From Rotaria socialis (lineage: Eukaryota), in assembly GCA_905331295.1 (NCBI GenBank), contig CAJNYD010000065.1, forward strand, positions 124,001 through 188,000: a DNA stretch of 64,000 nt, given 5' to 3'. The translations under genes and the position numbers were made by a program. The notes under the pieces were generated by a model. It was not told the DNA's origin, made no database searches, and saw nothing but the letters and a program-made list of their open reading frames with translations. Positions 38,327-52,976 of this stretch are shown piece by piece (the first letter of the stretch is position 1; each line of letters starts with the position of its first letter).

Positions 38327-41185
38327 TTTCTTGTTCTAATAATAAATCAAATTGATTATCATTTTACTTGTGGTTTTCAGTTTTCGTTTTAATCCATAAA
38401 AGGAACAATTTTTTCATAGATTAAATTAATGTAAGAATAATAAAATATTTAAGTATTATCTAAAATAGAACTTTTTATGTCAATGTTATTTCACAATAGA
38501 ATCACAACAAAAAAAAAACAAAGAGAATAATCAATCCAATTAAAAAGAAATCATTTTTAGAAAAGAAAAATAAAACAAAATACGTTAGTATATGATTCGT
38601 CTTGTATATTACTTTTATTTTTTTAAATAAAAATTATCCAAGAAACGCGAGTGACAACAGTGATAGTGATAGATAGATGTGCAGTAACATGTCATTAGAC
38701 GTACGCTCGTCGTGTCATTCTACATTCTACCGATACATGTGTCGCTAGCGTGTCAGAGTAACATATGCGTGAGATCGGAGAGTAGAGGACACTCGGTGAA
38801 TGTGATTGGCGAAGCCGACACTACTCGAGAGGTGCTCTCCTTTTTTTCTGTATTATATTACAGAGGCTTTTTCAATCATAATCATTTCAATGCATAGTAC
38901 TTCTCTTACCCTGCAACGCAAATGAGATCGATCTAATAATATTCAAATTGATAATAATCCTGGAGTGTAAGAACGCTTCAGTTCATCCCTTGTGGAACCT
39001 TTAAGATATAGTGTATTTTATTAGGGTGCCTTCAAATAATATAACAATTACACAACTCACGAAAAACCAATGAAACAAAAACAGTAATTTTCACTGTCTT
39101 CTCAAAGATGCATGAAACCGAATTAAAGATCTTCCCTTCGAGGAGCGATGCAGTGAACTTATGAAGTTCCATCACCACAAAAAGCTTACGGCTGGTGTCA
39201 GATTGAAAACTGATGACTAAGGAACTTCTTCAAGATGATGGGATACGACATTCTCTTCGTCATTAAAAATTTTCTCATACTTTCACATACAAACAACGGA
39301 AACATAGTACGGTCATTGCAATGTACGTTGCCGTTTCATTTCGAATTTGTTTTCATAGGAAGTGAGTGTAGCAATGTTGCATCATCAAGTGCTTTTTTTG
39401 CATGAAACCACTAACGAGCTCAAAAATATCTTTTGCATACACTAAAAGAACATTAATAAAAGATGTTCATGATTCGTTTCGAAAACTTTCTCTCAAAGTG
39501 AAAATGAACCTTCAGAAGCATTAAACAAAAACAAAAATGATCCAGGAGTTCTCGACACCAATATAATTTGAATACAATTGTCATCATTTTCGTTCTTCTA
39601 TCGAGCTGTATTTTTAGTTATGATGTACCTTTTTCAATTCATTTGAAACTTGTTAAATTGGTTTTATTTTTATCGATACATAATAATCGTTATGGTCTAT
39701 TTTTTTTCATCTTTCAGAATTCAAAAGACTTTTTATCAGTTTGTACTTTCCTATTACGAAATGTTTCAGTGCAATGTATGCATTATCGATGGCAAATTCG
39801 AGTTTGTTATTTTATACAAGAACTTCTTCGTTTAAGATTTATTTTACGATAAAGCCAGAGGATACCATCGGAAATGATTCTTGAATTCGAAAATGATATT
39901 TTGCTTTTGATCAACGTAAAAAAAGAACTAAAGTAAACAAATAAGTAAGTAAGATTTAATAACTTTTCTACTGACCATGATGAATAAGCTAAGATTGAGA
40001 AAAACAAATATTTTATACTTTCCACTGTATGATCAAATAAAAAAGCATCAGAATTGATAATCGAGTAAAATAATATTCACTGAAAAACTTCGAGAGAATA
40101 TCAGCGTTTCTTTTTAATCTAGTGACATATAAAATAAATATCTCGATGTATATATATATACACCGTGTATCAGTGTTGTTTCCCTTGTCAATTTAACAAA
40201 ATCTTTGATTATTTATGAATTAATACATTCTAGATTTGAAGTCAAGTTAACCGGAGATATGTAAACTGAAACAATACTAATATATTTTGAGTCAACATAA
40301 ATAGTAATGTACTATGGAAAAGGACTTAATAAATACTTAGCGTTTTAGATAGTTAGTATTGCTAAAGACATAAAAGCTTCTGCTAGTCTTTCATCAGAAG
40401 AAAGAATACATTCAATAGAATACATAGATGTTGTTATTATTCGTTCTAATGATAAATTTATTGTTGATTTCAGGTGAATCAAAATCATCAATGAGATAAT
40501 GTGGCTTTAGAATTTGATAATATTGAAAATGCTTTGTCGTATGAAAACTCCTCAATTGAACAACATCCACGAAGTATCTCATCGAGATAGGAAACGTCGC
40601 TATTAATATCAAATCAAAGTAAATTGATTCATATGTAATTTTTAATTTAAAATACAATAGAAAGAAGAGAATTAAATAATGTCAAATTGATTTTAATATA
40701 AATACAAAGAAATGGATTGTTCATTGAATGGATAGAACACGAAAACTATCATGAGAAGAACTGATTTTAAAAATAAAAATCTGAATTTGAAATATATCTA
40801 ATTGAATAGTATGTCAAATTTCATTCAAGCATATCGTTTTTCTCCTCTCATTGTCTAACTTTCGTTTTGTCGTAATAGAAATCAATTTATATTCGATCTC
40901 TTTTCTAATCATTTGTTCACTCTTGTATTATTTAATTTAAGTGACAATCTTCCTTTGATTTATTAAAAGAATCTGTTTTTGTAGGATCTTTTATAGCCTT
41001 ATTGAATTAAATAAGCAGAAAATAATAAAATAATTAATGCCCAAGCAAATATTCTTTTATTTTATTTTAAATTTCTAACAAAATTTGATCTTTAAATTGA
41101 CTATTAAACAACTCTGATGATTACGCAAAATTGGTAAACTAATTATTAAATTCGAGAATTTGTTTGTTGGTTCTATGATGAATTA

Positions 41186-42838
41186 TCAATGACAATTATA
41201 ATTGGCACATAAATCTCTTTCTTTAAATACATCCAAAATCGTTAATATAAATATGATGAGAGCTCCAGTAAAAGCTCCAGCTTGTGTTAAAAGTCCATAC
41301 CAAAATAGACCTCGATGACCTGATGTATTATTGAAATAATTTCCGAGAGCAATTCGTTCATAATAGAATACTAAATAAACAATTGCCCATACAATTGCCT
41401 AAAACAGTCAAGAATTTGTTTCTTTTTAAATCAAATAGTTTTGTTAAAATCATATATTTACAATTATATATTTTCCACTTATTTCATCAACCAAAGGTGA
41501 GCATGGTGATAGATAAGCTTTAAAGAGAAGAAAAAAATGTTTGTTTTTACTTTCAATACAAATAATCTTTTTAAATAAAAAGCAGACCTGTTAGAAATAT
41601 ATAAAAACATGCTAAACTTCCTGATATAGTTGAAATAGTGATTCCAATAGTTGATACATTAAATAGACTTGGAAAAAAAGTTGCTATGCATGAAACAAGT
41701 GGATAACAACATTGACCTTTAAATAAAATATAGATTTTGTTTTTAAAATAAAACTAAAATAGATTTACATAAAATGATAACATAATGAAATGTTGTTGCT
41801 CCATAAGGATTAAGTGAATATGAATTAATTGATGGAATACATCCAATTAATAGAATACTTGTCCAAAGTATAATTAACAAATAAACAATTGTTCTCGTTG
41901 TAAAATGTTCTTGTTTATCATTTTCATCTTTAACAATTATTTCATCATTATTATAAGTTAATAATGAACTTTGAGCATTTTCTCCAATAATTATTTGTAC
42001 AGCTGGACTTTTTTCTGTATCTTTTTTTTCTCTTTTCCAAAGAATAACAAATGCACAAAATGATATTAACATAATTATACTTAAACAAATTAAATATATG
42101 TTAACTGAAAATCGAGCTGGATGATATTTTGCTTCCTTTATTGCGGGATTTGAAGACGTTAAAACACATTCTGGTGCTTGACCAACACCCTTTTTATTTA
42201 GACATTTAAATTATTAAAAAACAAAAAAGGAAACAGTACTTTTTACCTGTATAAGACCAAGCATAGCTGGAATTAATGATGATAATGATTCACCACCAAA
42301 ATAAATATTCAACCATTTCTTATCAAAATGATTAACAAATGGAAGATATGTTACTGATGAAGTACAATTAACTAATGCAAGAAAAAAGCCCAGAATTAAT
42401 AAACAAACAGAGCGAGTTTTTCCAAATAATAATGTTTGTATTGACCATGTATATGAAAGTATCAACGGAACTGTTATACCAACTGCAAATATAACACATA
42501 TTGATGGGACTTCATACGATCGTGATTTACCAATTAAATGACGAATTAATGCTATTATTAATGGACCTATATTTGCTATATTACTTGCCATTCCTAATTG
42601 AGCTGATAATGCCCATCCTTCAGATAATTGAGGAATTAATAATGGTAGTTCAATCCATATACCATTTAAATTAAGCCATGTCCCAATACCAAATAATCTA
42701 TTGTTTGTTTTTGAATTTTATTTTTAAATAAATAATAAAATTAAAATAAACTTACAAAAATAATATATAACCAGTCAATCCTTTCATTTTGGATTGTTTG
42801 TCTTCATTTTTGTCGTAGTTTTTTTTCTCGACTTCCAT
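41186..42838 (-). CDS. SLC52A: Riboflavin transporter, SLC52 family (multi-exon)
   Basis: FGIGTWLNLNGIWIELPLLIPQLSEGWALSA, ANIGPL, LALVNCTSSVTYLPF, YFGGESLSSLIPAMLGLIQG, PSINSYSLNPYG, GLFWYGLLTQAGAF. Confidence 0.92.
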
Positions 42839-44182
42839 TCTAACTAAACGACGAAGTATATGAAACGGAGAGAGAGAGAGATTAATGTTTATTATAGAAA
42901 ATGATAAAATAATGCATGATAAAAATCAAATCCAGGGGCCTCTATTTAAATGAATACGTGAAACTATGTTATCTATTGTAATAATGTGTAGTGTGCAGTG
43001 TGTAGTTCTTTTCATTGATTGGTTATTATTTAACATCCATTCAAATATTAACAATTTTTAAATATAAACAATACAATGGCATTGTTTTTAGGCTTTTTCA
43101 GCGATTATAGATATTTATTATAGTATAAGAAATAAATACTCTTTAAGATATTATCATGAAAAGCAAAAAAATATAGAAATAACTATCTAAAAAAATTAAA
43201 GCAATATGAAAAATACAATGACATTAAATAATTTTTTCTTGATTTACTTTTATTCAAAATTAGCATAATATAATACATCAGTTAGAAAATATTATATATA
43301 TAAGAGCACCGCCTGTGGTGGGATAACAAAGAAAATCTCGTCCGATGGAATAGGATGAAATTGTCCCAATTTATCCGAAGCTCTGTTGTCAATGTCAATA
43401 AATATTAAAAGAGAGAACTTATACACACGCTACAACTTAACGTTGTTTCTATAGATTTCTAAGATTCCATGCCTTTTTCTCTGATTGTAACGAGTCTGTT
43501 GAATTTATTTGACTGATACATATATTTTTCTATAACATAATCAAATGCAACTGGTTAAATTAAAAGAAAAAATTATTTTATCAGGGAACAATAAATTTAA
43601 GCTAGAAGTTCCACTTGTTGGGTGTGGGTGTCAACTTCTAAATTTTCTGTCATGACTAAGATCAAAGTTATTTTAGATTTATTCACAAGAAAGTTTTACA
43701 TCGCTTTCATCTTTTTCGTTAACAGTTTCTCGCTTGTTGACTTCATTTTGTTTGTCCTAGCCTAGTCTCCTTTAGAAATCAAATCAATTTTAAGAAAAAA
43801 CTGCGGTTAAGAAAAGCGAAAGATTGCCGCTCAGTTGAATAATTCTATAATTCGACTAAACATTGATGATGGTGATACCTAAGTCGAAATAATAAGAATT
43901 CGTTCTTTAGAAACATCGAGTAAATGTTGTGGCAATGATGCGAATTTTTTCACATTGATTGGTTCTATGACGTACATCCATATCGATCAGTAAATGTTTA
44001 TTATCTGTCAGTTACAACTCTCGTTAGTAGAGGAATTCGTCGATCATCACCAGAGCTGTCCTGACAGCAGGTGTCTGGAGTATAACAACCCTAATATAAT
44101 CGAAATTTTCTTCTTTTAGTATAGTGAAAAGATGAAGAACAGTTAGAGTTCCATTTGAAATACACAGTATTATAGATGTGAG

Positions 44183-44280
44183 CAGAACTCCGAATGGAAC
44201 ATCTCCTTTTGGTCCATCCCATCCCATCTCATAGGTCATTCAAGAGAAAGTAACTTCGTTCCATCGCATTCGCAGCTCTG
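44183..44280. mobile_element. Degenerate hAT-like MITE remnant
   Basis: Imperfect inverted ends CAGAACTCCGAATG / CATTCGCAGCTCTG with internal CCATC repeats; a similar right-end fragment ends at ~43385. Confidence 0.35.
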
Positions 44281-46776
44281 GTCGCTAGACTTACATACAT
44301 GTAGAGTTCTTTCAGTAATACAATTTATTATGGCTACTATAATATTATCTAACACATTAGTAGTTCGATTAGTTTTTTCTCCGTATTTTCGACTTTTTCT
44401 TAGACTCGACTAGTGCTTTACGTTGCATTCCATATTCGAGTAAAATTTGAATTTGAATGTCATCTAGTTTACATTTTTACTATATGTAGAATGATTATTT
44501 TAGCGAAAACAGGAGAATCGACCATTTTTAATAGAAATTAGCGAAAAAAAAGTTAAACAAAAGAAAAGAAATCTCATCTTTGTCATAGATATCCTATGAA
44601 CATATTAATTTGAAAGCAAAACAAATAAAAAAATAATCATAGAAATATTTTATGAAGATTTAACCAATAGAAACACAAAGAAATTTGAAATCTGCACACA
44701 AAAAAACAAAGAACTGATTGAAAAGCTTCGGTTTTGTTTTCAAATATTTTTGTTCGTTTTATTTAATATTAAAAAAAATCTGTCAATCAAAACGCCTACT
44801 CTTTTCTCGATCTTAAAATCCGTTAAATTGAATATGGTGAGGGTGTTGACCACTTTTGATATTCACCTAAGACTATAATATTAAAAAAAAATCAGTCATC
44901 AAGATTCTTTTCGGTTTTGCTGAAAGATCTATTAAAATGATGTTTGTTTCGACAAAGAAAATAAATGAGATCTATAATAAATACTTTATATTATTTACCT
45001 AAAAAAATAGAGAAGCTTTTTGAACATTTTAACATCCTTTCGTTCTTTGCCAAATATTATTTTCATCGGATTTTCTTTTTGGACACGACTTTAATATGCT
45101 ATGCGCATCTTGACAGTTAATGTAATTATCAGTTTTAAACATTATTCATTCTTGTTTCTTGGTACATTATGTGTTTATGGATGTGAATAAATTTTAAGAG
45201 AAAGTCATGCACAATACTGATTCATTGATTGCATTAGCTTTGTGCTACTAGAACAATAGTCATTCAAGACAAAGCACATAGAAATGGTTTATTCACAATA
45301 AATTTTTAAAGATATATTACAATTGCGAATAAAGGCATCCAATTGATAGTAGGTGATGTTGTCGCAGAAGTAGTAGAAGAATCAAAATCAAATCCATTTT
45401 TTGAATGTTGTATTGGGAGTTTTGTTAGTGAAGGATCTTCATTTCTAAACATCGAAAGTGAAAAGGGAAGCGATTATTAGCCTTGGAATTGCTTGTTGAC
45501 AAAACAAAAACGATAGATATCACCACTGAAATAGACTGACGTAGGTTCATCTTTAATCTAACGCTATATAAATTATTGCCAAAATTGTAAAATTTAGAGA
45601 AAAAAGCAATATAATTATTTTATGTAACAAATGATGGTCCTAAATATCTATAGTGCATATCTGCTTTTCCTATAATTATACTAGCTAATATATCCTGACA
45701 CTATTGAAATTGACATGTATTTTATGTATTCGTTAAGAAAAAGGGAAACTATTGTTCAAATAAGATCAATATGTTTTTGAATTGATTTAGACCAAACTTA
45801 AACAAACCAAAACGAGTTCGATTCAATGTCCTTTTGTCAATCTTTGCAAACGATATTGTGACTCTGTTATAAATACTCTCGAAGACTTAGATAGCCTGTC
45901 GTCTACAGTAACGTTTGTTTTTTATATTCTTTGCTAGTTAGTATTTTCGAAAAAAATGTTTTTAATCATTTTTGTACGTTGATATATTCCTCTCGGCCTT
46001 CAAATTGTGAAACATACAGAAACTACTAATTATTCCGTAAATATCATTATAAATATAGTAATAACGAGCACAATGTTTTCACTAGCGAACTTAGAAATAA
46101 ATAATCACAATTTCTAAAATATGTTTTTAATCATTTAGAGAAATCATTTGAATTAAAAAATCGGTTAGAATTCTGGTTCTTCATTTCGAAAAAATTGAAA
46201 CTATCTGACTGTACATTTCACATAACTAAATTGATGAAAAATGCACTATTGAAAAATTCCAATCAATGCTTTTGCGATTTCCCTCATTGCACATCTACAC
46301 ACACGCAGCCGAATAAATTCGAATTCTAGTTATAGAAATCTGAATAATCGAGAGTTACTTCGAGAGAAACTACTGTTGATTTACATTCTAGTCTGAAAAT
46401 GTAATACGAAGAAGTTCATACTCAATCGTCTATACACTTTTTTTCTTTCGTTGTGTAACGACTGAATATATGAGTGAGAGAATAAACGAGCGAAGAATAC
46501 TCACCTGGTATTGCGACCGCCGTTTCAGACGAGTAACACAATGCAGCTATAGCAACAAACAGTCACCGCACGAATTTCTTTCCTGTTGTAGATCTAAAAA
46601 ATAATTTTTACGCGAAGAAAAACAATATATAATATGAATATGTCAATAGATATTTTTCCGTCGAATGACAATAACGAGAACAATATCATATTATATATAT
46701 TTATATATTCATAGATTGGAAATAGATGAAATTGAATAAATGAGAGCAACAATTATTACAAATCAACAACTTTAAT

Positions 46777-48542
46777 ATGAACGATATTCATATACTCGAT
46801 CTACCTGATGAAATGTTACGTATCATTTTTAATAAATTAAATGCAACCGATATGCTGTATTCATTGGTTAATGTAAATCAACGACTTGATCGAGTAGTAC
46901 TCGATCCTCTTAATGTAAAATATCTCGACTTCGTGACTAAACCATTCTATATTCGTAATCTCTCGATACATGCTCAGATTCTTCACAAAATGCGTGAAAA
47001 TATTTTGCCTCGAATTAAGGACAAAGTAAAAAAGTTGACTGTTGATCCAATTTCTATGAAATTTATTCTTGGTGTTGTTCGTTATTCTCAACTATATTCA
47101 TTACCATTAATCGATTATAAACCAAAAATACTCTTACAACATTTATCAAGTAGGATATTGAATTTCATTGTGTTTTGATGCCTTCATTTATATTATAGAT
47201 GATACCTCATTGCATCTTGTTATGAATCAAATAACCCATATGAATGTTGAAGGATTTCTTGACGACAACGAACTACTAGTCGAAGACGAATTAAATATAT
47301 TTGCAATGATACTATCATTCAGCAGATGTTTAATTGATTTGACTTATCGCATGCATTACTCAAGAAAATATTTCAGAATGCCATCTTTAATCATTTCAAA
47401 TACATGCTGTTTATCTAAAGCTCTCACTAAATTGACAATCTATGTTAATATTTTTGATGATTGTCTTTATCTTCTTAATGGATGTCTCGAATATTTATCT
47501 ACGCTGATCATTCGTATCAATAAAATTGACTGTTCGTCATTAAGCATAGATCGAACGGTGAGTAGATATGCGCGCATTAGAACTTGATAATAGTTATATT
47601 AAAAAATAGCAAGTTTTCGTTTATGCTTTCATATACGTTTAATTATTGAATATATATCTCATAATCATCACTATCTTTAAAGTCTTAAGATTTTCTTTTT
47701 TTCTTTAGAAAAAACTTTTCAAATTAAAATATTTCACTTTGACAACACCGCGCCATACAAGATCTTACAATGAAGAACTTGTTCCATTACTTCGTCGAAT
47801 GTTAAATCTAGAAGAATTAACGTTATATCTTTCGGTAGTAAGAAATAATTCAACCTATGTCGATGGTGATGAATTATATGATGACGTTCTTAAGTATATG
47901 CCACGGCTAAACAAATTTATCTTTAATATTCATACTTATGTTGCTGGTTATCGTTCAATCAATCTTCCATCGAATATTGATATTCGGAATAGTTTTATTA
48001 GAAGAGGATATCCATCTATCGATGCATGGGCTGATGAGAAATTTATACTTAGCAGAAACAACTGTCATGTTTATTCTCTTCCATATGGATTCGATGATTT
48101 TTTATTTATGACAAGCTGTTTTCAAGGTAGTCGATTCGATAAAGTTCGAAAGGTATCATTTTACGACGATTATTCACTTGAACACCAATTCTTCACGATA
48201 ATTTCAGAAGCGTTTCCTTTTCTTCAACACTTAATCATATATAATTCTTCACCGCTGATAAATAACCAAAATTATGCATCAAAGTCAATTTCATTCAACC
48301 ATTTGGCTGTACTCGATATTCTGGATGCACATATTGACTATGTTGTTCAGTTTCTTTCTGATAAAAATACTCATTTGCCTCATTTGGCGGATCTCGCAGT
48401 TAAATATGAAAAATTAGTCGTTGCGACAAATAATTTTACTAATAATACAACACGTCGTAATTGCACTAATATCAAATGTTTACGCACCATTGAACAATTT
48501 GTTCGCGCGGAAAACTTTGATTCCTATTTTCCATCTCTGTAA
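46777..48542 (+). CDS. F-box plus LRR/RNI-like protein, paralog 1 (3 exons, intact)
   Basis: ILDLPDEMLRIIFNKLNATDMLYSLVNVNQRLDR F-box; FDDCLYLLNG; LLRRMLNLEELTLYL; CHVYSLPY; ends FVRAENFDSYFPSL; introns keep frame. Confidence 0.85.
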
Positions 48543-49833
48543 CTATTTGTTGTATAAAGTGTTTGAATAAAAATAAATGTAATTACTAAGAAAGTTAATA
48601 TATTTCAAATACGATAAACTAGGAAGTAGTGCGCGAGTGATTGGTGACATTCTGTAAAAGTAGATAATGGGAATAATGATTAAAAATTTCATTATATAAA
48701 TGTAATTGAAATAATAAATATGGGTCTCAAGTTTAGTAACACAAATAATATGCACCTAGTATGTGAATGCTCCTTTTCTTGAAAATACCTTCTTCCTCCT
48801 CATTTTGGTGATGTTTTCCTCCTTTTTGATGATTTTGTGACGAAAATCAGCAGGAGCTACACTAGTAATATACAATTGGCGAGTATTATGATGTAGCGAT
48901 CATAATGATCTCAGGTCAAAATGATTCTGTAGAATTCCATTAGATTCTCTCTTATTGCGTCTAATCCTGTTTGCAGCTCGCACAATCTCATAATAGGACT
49001 GTTTCTCGTATGCTTTTAAAGTGTCACTTAGCTCAAAGCTCTCCGTGCGTCGAATTCGGCTTAACGCATACTATTTTGCGATGCCATCAACTTCAGACAC
49101 AATTCATCCAAATTTGACCGAATCCAACGACTTTCATGGGATGAGCAAAGGGTTGGATTATTTGCCTTGAGGTAGCTCTCCTTCTAGCTTCCTCTTATCG
49201 ACAACATATTTGTAATGAAAGCATCATGTCTCCAGTAGAACTGAGGTAAAGTTCTAGTTCAACGTCAAAACTTGTACCTTTGATAACAGCTCAACGCCAG
49301 ACTGATTTAGCTCGTGTCAATAGGTTCTTTTAGGTAGTTGAATACATTGTTAATTTAGACTTGTTTTTGGTCATATTGGAAAAATGTATTCTTTGAACAG
49401 AGACAAATAAAATTAAAAAAAGAGTTTACTGAGTAACAGTGTATTCCATAATGAATTGACTAAGAGACCTAAAAAATGAACAAATACCATACGTGTTATG
49501 CTCTCATTTTAGTTTTAACAGCTTTTTTCTTCTCTAGAAATAGCTTTGGGTACTTTTCTAAAATTTAGACGGAGCCAAATGTTTGATGATGGAATCAAAA
49601 CAGTCTGTTTTAATGCTGCTGTTTTTGTACCAGAATTATGCTGATATTGAATAAATCCCATGACAAGCTTACTGTTACGTGCTAGATGAGAATTACTTAG
49701 TCTTGCTGAGGTGTGGGTTTGAATGTTGGTGTCTTCTTCTAAGGCAACACCCACACCCACACACCCTTGTCTTGTATTAAATAAATGAGATTTGAATATG
49801 TTCATATTTTATTTATTCATTTTTATTTTCATA

Positions 49834-50043
49834 TGTTAAGAATAACGTGACTTTATTTTCTAATCGCTTGAGAGTAGAAAAAAACGCACTAACACACAAA
49901 ACAACAACTAGCTGAGGCCATATATGTCCCAGTCAGCATATATATGATGACTGAACATAAAAGAGGACCAAAAAGAAAGAACAACAAAGAAGAAAAAGAA
50001 AACAGAAATATATGATCTGGTGTTGTTGACACACATCACAACA
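49834..50043 (-). mobile_element. Solo LTR, 210 bp, with 5-bp TSD TCATA
   Basis: TGTT...AACA termini; TCATA at 49829-49833 and 50044-50048; AATAAA near its 3' end on the minus strand. Confidence 0.85.
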
Positions 50044-50048
50044 TCATA

Positions 50049-51377
50049 TTAATAAAATTGAGATATTTTCACATGAGGAAAGTACGCTTTGAAACGTTGA
50101 GATATTTTAAATTTAGCAGGAATCATTAGTTGAACTACTTTAGCACAATTGAAACGCATTGTATCTTTTTTAAAATTATTTGTCACTTTTCTTAATGGAC
50201 GATATTCAACACTGAGACATAGATTGTCCGATAAGAGTGTTTTCGTATTGTCTAAAAATAATTCAACATAATCTTTATGAATGTCGATAAGTTCGAGATC
50301 ATTCAAATGAGGATATTCAATGAGTGGATAATTCATTTTGCTATTCTTCAATTTTTGTCCTTTTCGATTGCTTAAAGATAATTTTCGTAGAGATGGAAAT
50401 GCTTGTGCAATTTCAATAAAAAATTCATATTCAAAAGGATGCTCATCATATAATGATATTTCACGAACACGTTTGAATAATCCACCTGGAAAATTATTTG
50501 TAATATTATGATAATAGTTTAGTGTATATGGATATGAATAAATATGACATTGACCACGTTTCATTTTTGGAAAATAATTAACACAAGATATAATTTGATT
50601 GCCTGTAAAATTTGAAAACGTCCGCTGAATATCATTATTTGAAAGTAAAGAAATCTGATCGTTCAGAGAAATAATTGAACGAATATTAAATAAAAATTTA
50701 TTTAATCGTGGCATATGATTGATAATATTCTTCTTCAAGTCATTCCCATCTATAAATCTATGAATATGATCGTGTGCAAGATATAAAGAAATACTCTCTA
50801 AATTCGGCATTCGATGCAGAAGTGGTATAATTAATTCATCGTAATAGTTCTGTTCTAATTGACAGGTCAGTGAGAAACATCTCAAATTAGGTAATTCTTC
50901 CTAAAAAAAGCAATATTTAATGATGAATATTCATATGAAACATTTGAATAATTCATTGAAAAAAAAACAATACTTGTTTAAATAATAATTGTTGTATTCA
51001 TGCAAAATAATTTACCTTGTTGCCGATCATTGCTGATGTAGGAAAAATGAACCCTATATTAACATATAAAACGCGAAGTTTATTGAATCGACCATCAAGG
51101 AGATAAAGACAATCATTTGAGTTTTCCAAATTGATGTGTAATTCCATCAGAGTTGAAGAGAAAAATGTCGAAAGTTCATCATTAAATGAAAATCGCGAAA
51201 AATACATATAATCAGGTGAATATATATTCAAATAGCGTAGATTGGTAAATACAGTAAAGACACGTGCGCAAACAGCTGTTATCGTATCTTCTGTTAGTCG
51301 TTTTCTTCCTATGTCCGGAATTGTAACAACCAAACTCCAAATCTGATTTTCGTTAATACGACTGAGTGGAGTTTTAT
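50049..51377 (-). pseudogene. F-box/LRR-like paralog 2; exons 2-3 open, F-box exon 1 not found
   Basis: NDCLYLLDGRFNKL, LLHRMPNLESISLYL, CHIYSYPY, YFPH match the paralogs; upstream DNA is unrelated or TE-like. Confidence 0.65.
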
Positions 51378-52096
51378 CTAAACATATATACAAACCTATT
51401 GACAAAAAAAAACATCGATTCTTCTATTGGCTTTAAAGAACCCTACATTGTACATATATGTTCTTTCTCAGAATTGAAAAATAATTCGAAGAAAATTGAA
51501 AATACTCTTAGCGCCATACTCCAATTGACTGTACTATCTAGCTCTACTTCAAGTTTTCTTTAATATAAACTTACCATAAAATCAATTTCTGAAAAAAGTA
51601 ATTGTTTATGCTGATAGAAGGTCATGTTATCTATGATTTTACATTTAGTAATCTTTTGACTTCCAAATAATTTGAATATTGAGATGTTAAACACATTCAT
51701 GGCGATTCAATTTTCTTTAAAAATACCTTTCAGAGATTCATTTTCGTGTACATCTACCTTCTGATAAACGCACTTATTGGTTTTTTTTGGTACATGTTAC
51801 CAGTTCTTTTGCTCTTTTTGTTTACATTTTTGCATAGACAATCCGTTTTCACTTCAAACAGAATAATTACTCAAGCTTGGTTTTTCTCTCTTTTATACTG
51901 AGCAGTAGGAACGAGATCAACGAAATGCGGTTTCGATTTTTTTCTTTTGTATTCTTTTGTAATGTTATTTTTTACTCTTCTCTCGCGTTCATAAAAACAG
52001 ATGCATTTTGCGATGCATTATTTCAGTGTGAATCACTTGTATCTTTTCTACAATCGTACATATAACGTGTACAATATGCATATAGATCTCTTCTTT

Positions 52097-52491
52097 CTAA
52101 AACCTAGCCCGAGACAACAATGAGCAAGTCGTTTGAAGTGTAAAATTGCGGATCACAAGCTCAAAGAAAAAGACGGACCTGCTAGCGATGTACGAAGACG
52201 CTGTGCTGACGGCTATAAAACTAGGCAACAACAACGAACAGAAGCAAGTGACATAGCAGCGAAGAGAATAAAAACTTTCTGTTCTGATTGTGACAAATAC
52301 TTTTGTCTTGATTGTTTCGATGAAAAACATTACTCAATATAATAAAGGATTCGAATACTGAACAAGACGAAGTAAATAAGGGAACGTGTGACACCCACTA
52401 CATAGAAAAAAAAGAAAAAGCAACTGTCTTTTGTTATTTTTCTTATAAAATATACCGGGAGCCATCGATAGCTTACATCTCTGCGAATGTG
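52097..52491 (+). mobile_element. piggyBac-like transposon 3' fragment (transposase C-terminal Cys-rich domain and right end)
   Basis: RRRCADGY...KTFCSDCDKYFCLDCFDEKH resembles the piggyBac Cys-rich domain with one Cys lost; ends ...GCGAATGTG followed by TTAA (52492-52495). Confidence 0.65.
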
Positions 52492-52625
52492 TTAAATAGC
52501 ACACACATATCTTACTAGTATCATATGTCTTCGAGTCAATTTCCAAAATATCGTCATCAATTCAGATGATACTATTTTTATAACAAGCCATTCAAACTTG
52601 CACACTGTAACATAATTGAAATCTA

Positions 52626-52876
52626 ACGGGTGGGCCATAAATAATGATGGTCTCCGTATTTCTGGAATATCTCCGCCAATTTTCATTCGTTAGATCTAAT
52701 TTTTTTTTGAACGATGAGTCATTTGATTCTCTACAAAAGTGGGTATTTGCTGTTGCGTTCGAATAGATCAGTTTCATTCGCGAAAATGAAAAATAAAGAT
52801 ATACAAAAACTTGTACTTTCAAAGTACGAAAATGGTGATGGACCGACAAAGATTTTTCGAGATCTCAACGGTACGC
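52626..52876 (+). mobile_element. Tc1/mariner-type transposon left end with transposase N-terminus, cut by a gap
   Basis: TA followed by ACGGGTGGGCCATAAATAATG terminus; HTH-like start MKNKDIQKLVLSKYENGDGPTKIFRDLNG. Confidence 0.6.
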
Positions 52877-52976
52877 NNNNNNNNNNNNNNNNNNNNNNNN
52901 NNNNNNNNNNNNNNNNNNNNNNNNNNNNNNNNNNNNNNNNNNNNNNNNNNNNNNNNNNNNNNNNNNNNNNNNNNNN

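Noticed and set aside
39200..39240. CTGATGA motifs as hammerhead ribozyme cores (also ~11661, ~41114)
   Set aside because: No flanking stems with a properly placed GAAA could be built by eye
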